Assembly: GCA_951406725.2 (NCBI GenBank)
Contig: OX597820.1
Coordinates: forward strand, 77,066,001 to 77,130,000
Direction of reading: 5' to 3'
Length of the DNA: 64,000 bases
Source of the DNA: Octopus vulgaris
Taxonomy: Eukaryota
Each line of letters begins with the position of its first letter. The stretch's first letter is position 1. The notes beneath the pieces were generated by a model. The model was not told where the DNA came from. It saw nothing but the letters and a program-made list of their open reading frames with translations, and ran no database searches. A program made the position numbers and the translations under genes. This document shows positions 55,102 through 64,000 of the stretch, piece after piece.

Positions 55102-55339
55102 TCATATATACATATGTTCACGTGTATGTATTTATGTATTCGTATAGTGTTATGGAGAGAAACCAAATTATAATATCTAAAATGAAAGGAAATCACTGGT
55201 CATCTTAATTTATCGTTATTATGACAATGACAAGACACTTTTCGTTGAACTGTTTCACCAGTTCAGTACCTAATTGCCCGCAATGAAGAGTAAAACGACA
55301 GGGGAGGAGGGGGAGGACTTTATTATTACTATGGTTTTT

Positions 55340-56230
55340 ATTCTTCCTTGAATTGTGTTTCCATTTATTGCGGAGTTCTTCCCGACCCTAGGTCAAAGAA
55401 TCTTATTGTATACACTGATACGCTAACAAAATAAAACGGCAGAGTATTCCTTTACAAAATAAAATGAATTTAATGGAGAACGAAAATGATAAATGTTAAA
55501 CCTTTGCATCGGTGGTAATTGTTCTCAAAGCAAGAATGATGATCTCAATACGTGTGACGTACCAGGTAAAACAATCTTTTTCACTCCTTGCAAGGATTGG
55601 AAGCCATGGGTCATCCTCAAAGAATTTCCCGTTCCTCTTTTGATCATTCCATACACTCCTAGAATTACTGCTATTGTAACCGCCTTACGACGCCACATTT
55701 ATTCGATCTATGTTTTGTGATCTTGCCAAATTCGGTTGCCAAGATATTAAAATCATAAGAAATACAAATGTCAATCAATAAACACATTATTTTGGTCTCA
55801 CCCAGTTTATTAGATTTGATGGTTGTGTCAGTATGTACTGGAAAGTCCTAAAGTATCGTTATATTTAATTATTCAGTAAAAGTTGTGCTTATAACACTTG
55901 TCAAGAGTTTTGATTCTATAATGCCATACTTATTAATCAGTGTGGAATCTGTAATGTCCTGCTTTATGCACTGCAGACGTCAGAAACTAAGTATCCAGGA
56001 ATAAAAATGGAACTCTGTTTCAATCTCAGCTTTGCAGACTCGTCAATTTGGGTGCACTCCATTTTTCATCACATTGGATTAGTAGCTCCAAGTGAATATG
56101 CTTAAACTTGAACAGCAATGACAAAACGTTCGCTCTCTTCATTTAAGCCTGTGTTGCGTAGTCACTGATGTGTGTGCTTCTGTTCATTATGATCTTATTT
56201 GCTTTTAGTTGCGGACAACATATATTACAC
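55340..56230 (-). mobile_element. Dong/R4-type RLE retrotransposon 3' fragment A (degraded)
   Basis: Homologous to 57010-57983 in both the 3' UTR and the DFPVHTD and KAVTIAVI.GV.GMIKRGT motifs; its 5' end abuts (TAA)n. Confidence 0.8.
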
Positions 56231-56244
56231 GCGGAGGTTTGATA

Positions 56245-56312
<68 letters not shown>

Positions 56313-56860
56313 GAGTGAGAGAACAGGGGATGCCATCAAAGTGACATTGGTGTAAAATATACAAAGCCCGGGTATACCAATCGGGGCTACCTGTCTGATA
56401 AGAGCATACCAAGCATATGCATCTCAACCATATGTGCGCGACATTGTGATCTCATATCAAGATAAATAGCGCTTGAACTTCCAGGAGGAGCCCTGTTAGA
56501 ATTTTCTTCTGGTCGAGTAGCCCATCCCGCTCAAAAGGTCCCTGAATAAGGATTGTTTAAGGATGTTGAACGAACCACCCATGTTTCTAAACGTGAATTA
56601 TCCAAACTTCTAAGAATTCATTTCACCACACAGCTATGCCCACTACCTCTGCGTGTGATCAGAGATTCACATATTGTCAGTCACTAAGGGACATGTTCAA
56701 CTCGTTAAGGTCAAAAACCTGACAAGCAAATCCGTAGTATTGAGCAGGATATTTGCTGTAACCCATCTTTTATACCAAGACAAAACAATGTACATGTTAA
56801 CACTTCCAATCAGTTAAGATCGGAAGCCATGTGAGCCACTGCCTGGAACTGCATCAGGGC
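56313..56860. mobile_element. ~550-bp non-coding element inserted precisely in (TAA)n
   Basis: Flanked on both sides by (tat)n; no ORF or TIR visible. Confidence 0.6.
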
Positions 56861-56942
<82 letters not shown>

Positions 56943-56952
56943 ATTATTATTA

Positions 56953-57009
<57 letters not shown>

Positions 57010-57010
<1 letters not shown>

Positions 57011-57983
57011 TTTTTTTTTCTTCTTTCAAATTTGATTCCATTTCTTGCCGAGTGTCTTCCCGACTCCTAGGGCAAAGAAACTCATAGTATACATTGGTAG
57101 GCCATTAAACCAAACTCAATAGTTCGTTCATTTTTTTTCTGCTTTTTTTCTTATGTTAAATTAAAATACATGAGCAGCAACAGTTCTCACATCGACAATG
57201 CTCTTCTCAATACGTGTGATGTACCAGTTAAGACAATCTTTTGCACTTCTTGCAGGGATGGTAAGCCAGGGATCATTTTCATATAATTTTCGGTTCCCTT
57301 CTTGATCATTCCTAGTGCTCCTACGATCACTGGTATTGTAACCGCCTTGAGATGCCACATTTTCTCAATTTCAATGAGTAGGTCTTTATATTTTCTGAGC
57401 TTGTCAAACTCTTTCGCTGAGATATTATGATCACAGGGGATGCTCATGTCGATCAATAAGCAAACTTTATTGTTTTGATCTTTCACAACAATATCTGGTT
57501 TATTGGCCTTGATGGTTCGGTCTGTATGTACTGGAAAGTCCCACAGAATGGTTACATTTTCTCCTTCAGTTACAGCCTCAGGTTGGTGATTATACCACTT
57601 GTCGGCAGTTTTGATATTGTAATGCCGACTTATTACCCAGTGTAGATATTGGCCAACTCTGTCATGTCTTAATTTATACTCCACTGGTGCTAAGACTTTA
57701 CATCCAGAGATTAGGTGGTCCACTGTTTCAATCATGTCGTTGCAGAATCGGCATTTGGGGTCTGCTCCATTTTTCATCACATTGACCTGGTAGTTCCGGG
57801 TTAATAGGCTTTGATCTTGAGCAGCCAGGATGAAACCTTCGCTCTCTGCTTTTAGCCCTGAGCTTCGTAGCCACTGATGGGTTTGCTTCTGGTCAACATC
57901 AGCTTGTTTGCTGCGGGCCACATATTTGCCGTGCAGAGTTTTCTCCTCCCACCTATCAGCCAATTGCTCGTGCGCTTTTTTCG
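57010..57983 (-). mobile_element. Dong/R4-type RLE retrotransposon 3' fragment B (open frame 57187-57963)
   Basis: CCHC knuckle CRFC..ETVDHLISGC, RHD, NKPDIVV..LIDMS (PD-(D/E)XK-type) and QKIVLTGTSHVLRRAL; (TAA)n on both sides. Confidence 0.92.
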
Positions 57984-58058
<75 letters not shown>

Positions 58059-58061
<3 letters not shown>

Positions 58062-58760
58062 TAGTTTTATTTTTATAGCGTGCTTTCACTTCCCTACGAG
58101 CGCAGCTCTGTGTGCCTTGGGTATGTGCTGTGATTTGTTGTGATGATCTGATGGTTATTGTATGGAAAGTGTTCTGCGTAGGATGTGTGCAGTGCCTAGT
58201 AGTGCAATTTTCTGTATGTTATATGTGTTTGTAAGTCCTGGTGTTTTTGTTATGTATTTGTCTGAATATTTTTTTATCATGCCTAATGCACCTACTATGA
58301 TAGGAATTGTTTCTGTTTTCAGGTTCCACATTCTAGTTACCTCTATTTCCAGGTCTTTGTATTTTGAGAGTTTCTCCATTTCTTTTAGAGACACGTTGTC
58401 ATCTGCCGGTATTGATACATCAATTAGGAAGCATTTTTTTCTTCACGATCTCTGACAACTATATCTGGTCTGTTGGCCTTAATTTCTCTATCTGTGTGTA
58501 TCGGCATATCCCAGAGTATGGTTGCTTTCTCGTTTTCTGTGACCTTTTCTGGTGTGTGCCTATACCATCTTTTTTCTGTTGTTATTCCATAATGTTGGCA
58601 TAGCTTCCAATGTATGTAGGTTCCAACTCTGTCATGTCTGTGAATATATTCCTTCTTAGCCAGGACTGGGCAGCTAGAGATAATATGATTTATTGTTTCT
58701 TGTCCATCTCCACATATTCTGCAGTTACTTGTAATATTTCTTTTCATTACATGTTTTTGG
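58059..58760 (-). mobile_element. Dong/R4-type 3' fragment C (different subfamily, frameshifted)
   Basis: CRICGDGQETINHIISSC, RHDRVG, NRPDIVV, EKLSKYKDL and QKIALLGTAHILRRTL. Confidence 0.92.
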
Positions 58761-58771
58761 TCCCCTACGCA

Positions 58772-58844
<73 letters not shown>

Positions 58845-58852
58845 CATTATTA

Positions 58853-59030
58853 CTTTCTCTTGTCACAAGTTTTATTGGAGCTCCTGGAGTCTTACATGCG
58901 TAGGGGACTTCCTACCTGCAGCCTACTGTACTATGTTATTCGTTATTTTCAGCTCTAATACTTTGCTGATTATTCTGGCCGTGCCAAGGAGACAAATCTT
59001 TTGTAACATTTGCAGAAACGCTTCCAGCAA
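58853..59030 (-). mobile_element. Dong/R4-type extreme 3' fragment D
   Basis: Minus strand LQMLQKICLLGTARIISKVL is the conserved RLE C-terminal motif; the 3' end runs into (TAA)n. Confidence 0.7.
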
Positions 59031-59545
59031 ATTGAAGCAGGCGAATACACTCCTGTCCTTTGAATTGAATGTCAAAAAACTGATGTACTTACATTTCACT
59101 CACTTTCTGCTAGCGAACATCTTGTGTATTGTGTTATGTTCACATGCTAATTGTATAGAAATTACACCTATAGACTTGCTGGTACTCCAAAGCATTAAAT
59201 TAATATAAATTTCGCTCGCAAGTGTATCATACGTCAAAACCACATTATTCAAAATAGCAATAAATGCTATTGTAGCATTTATGCGTGTTCAGGGTCAGAC
59301 GAGCTGCGCTCAAACATCATAGGCATGGTGTGAGTTATTTTAACATTAGAACTAACAATGTGAGTAAAGGTAGTAAATCTGATGCTTTAAAAATCTACAA
59401 AGCACAAGCTATGAAAACACACATACACGCATATGAATCTATGTATATGTATGTATGTATGTATGTATATATATATATATTTATATATATATATATGTAT
59501 GTATATGCATGCACTCACAGACACAGGCACACACATACACACATA

Positions 59546-64000
<4,455 letters not shown>

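Overview
AT-rich, repeat-saturated eukaryotic DNA. The SINE families and the (TA)n/(CA)n/(TAA)n load resemble an octopus genome, but this is an inference from repeat types. No intact host gene is visible and most ORF-track entries are microsatellite artefacts. The window holds tRNA-derived SINEs, three mariner remnants, a non-autonomous Helitron, Penelope-like (PLE) RT and GIY-YIG remnants, Tx1-like, RTE and CR1-like LINE pieces, and a head-to-tail stack of Dong/R4-type RLE retroelements in a (TAA)n array. The main signal is RNA-level. Several small non-coding elements, mostly in or beside (TA)n tracts, carry type I hammerhead ribozyme (HHR) motifs. These include a tandem pair exactly 455 nt apart (37811-38311, retrozyme-like), a long-helix-II canonical HHR (32004-32083), and family-level core variants (U3-A8 compensatory, U4C). 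They occur together with fold-back palindromes typical of PLE-type replication. All coordinates were read by eye and no database search was run.
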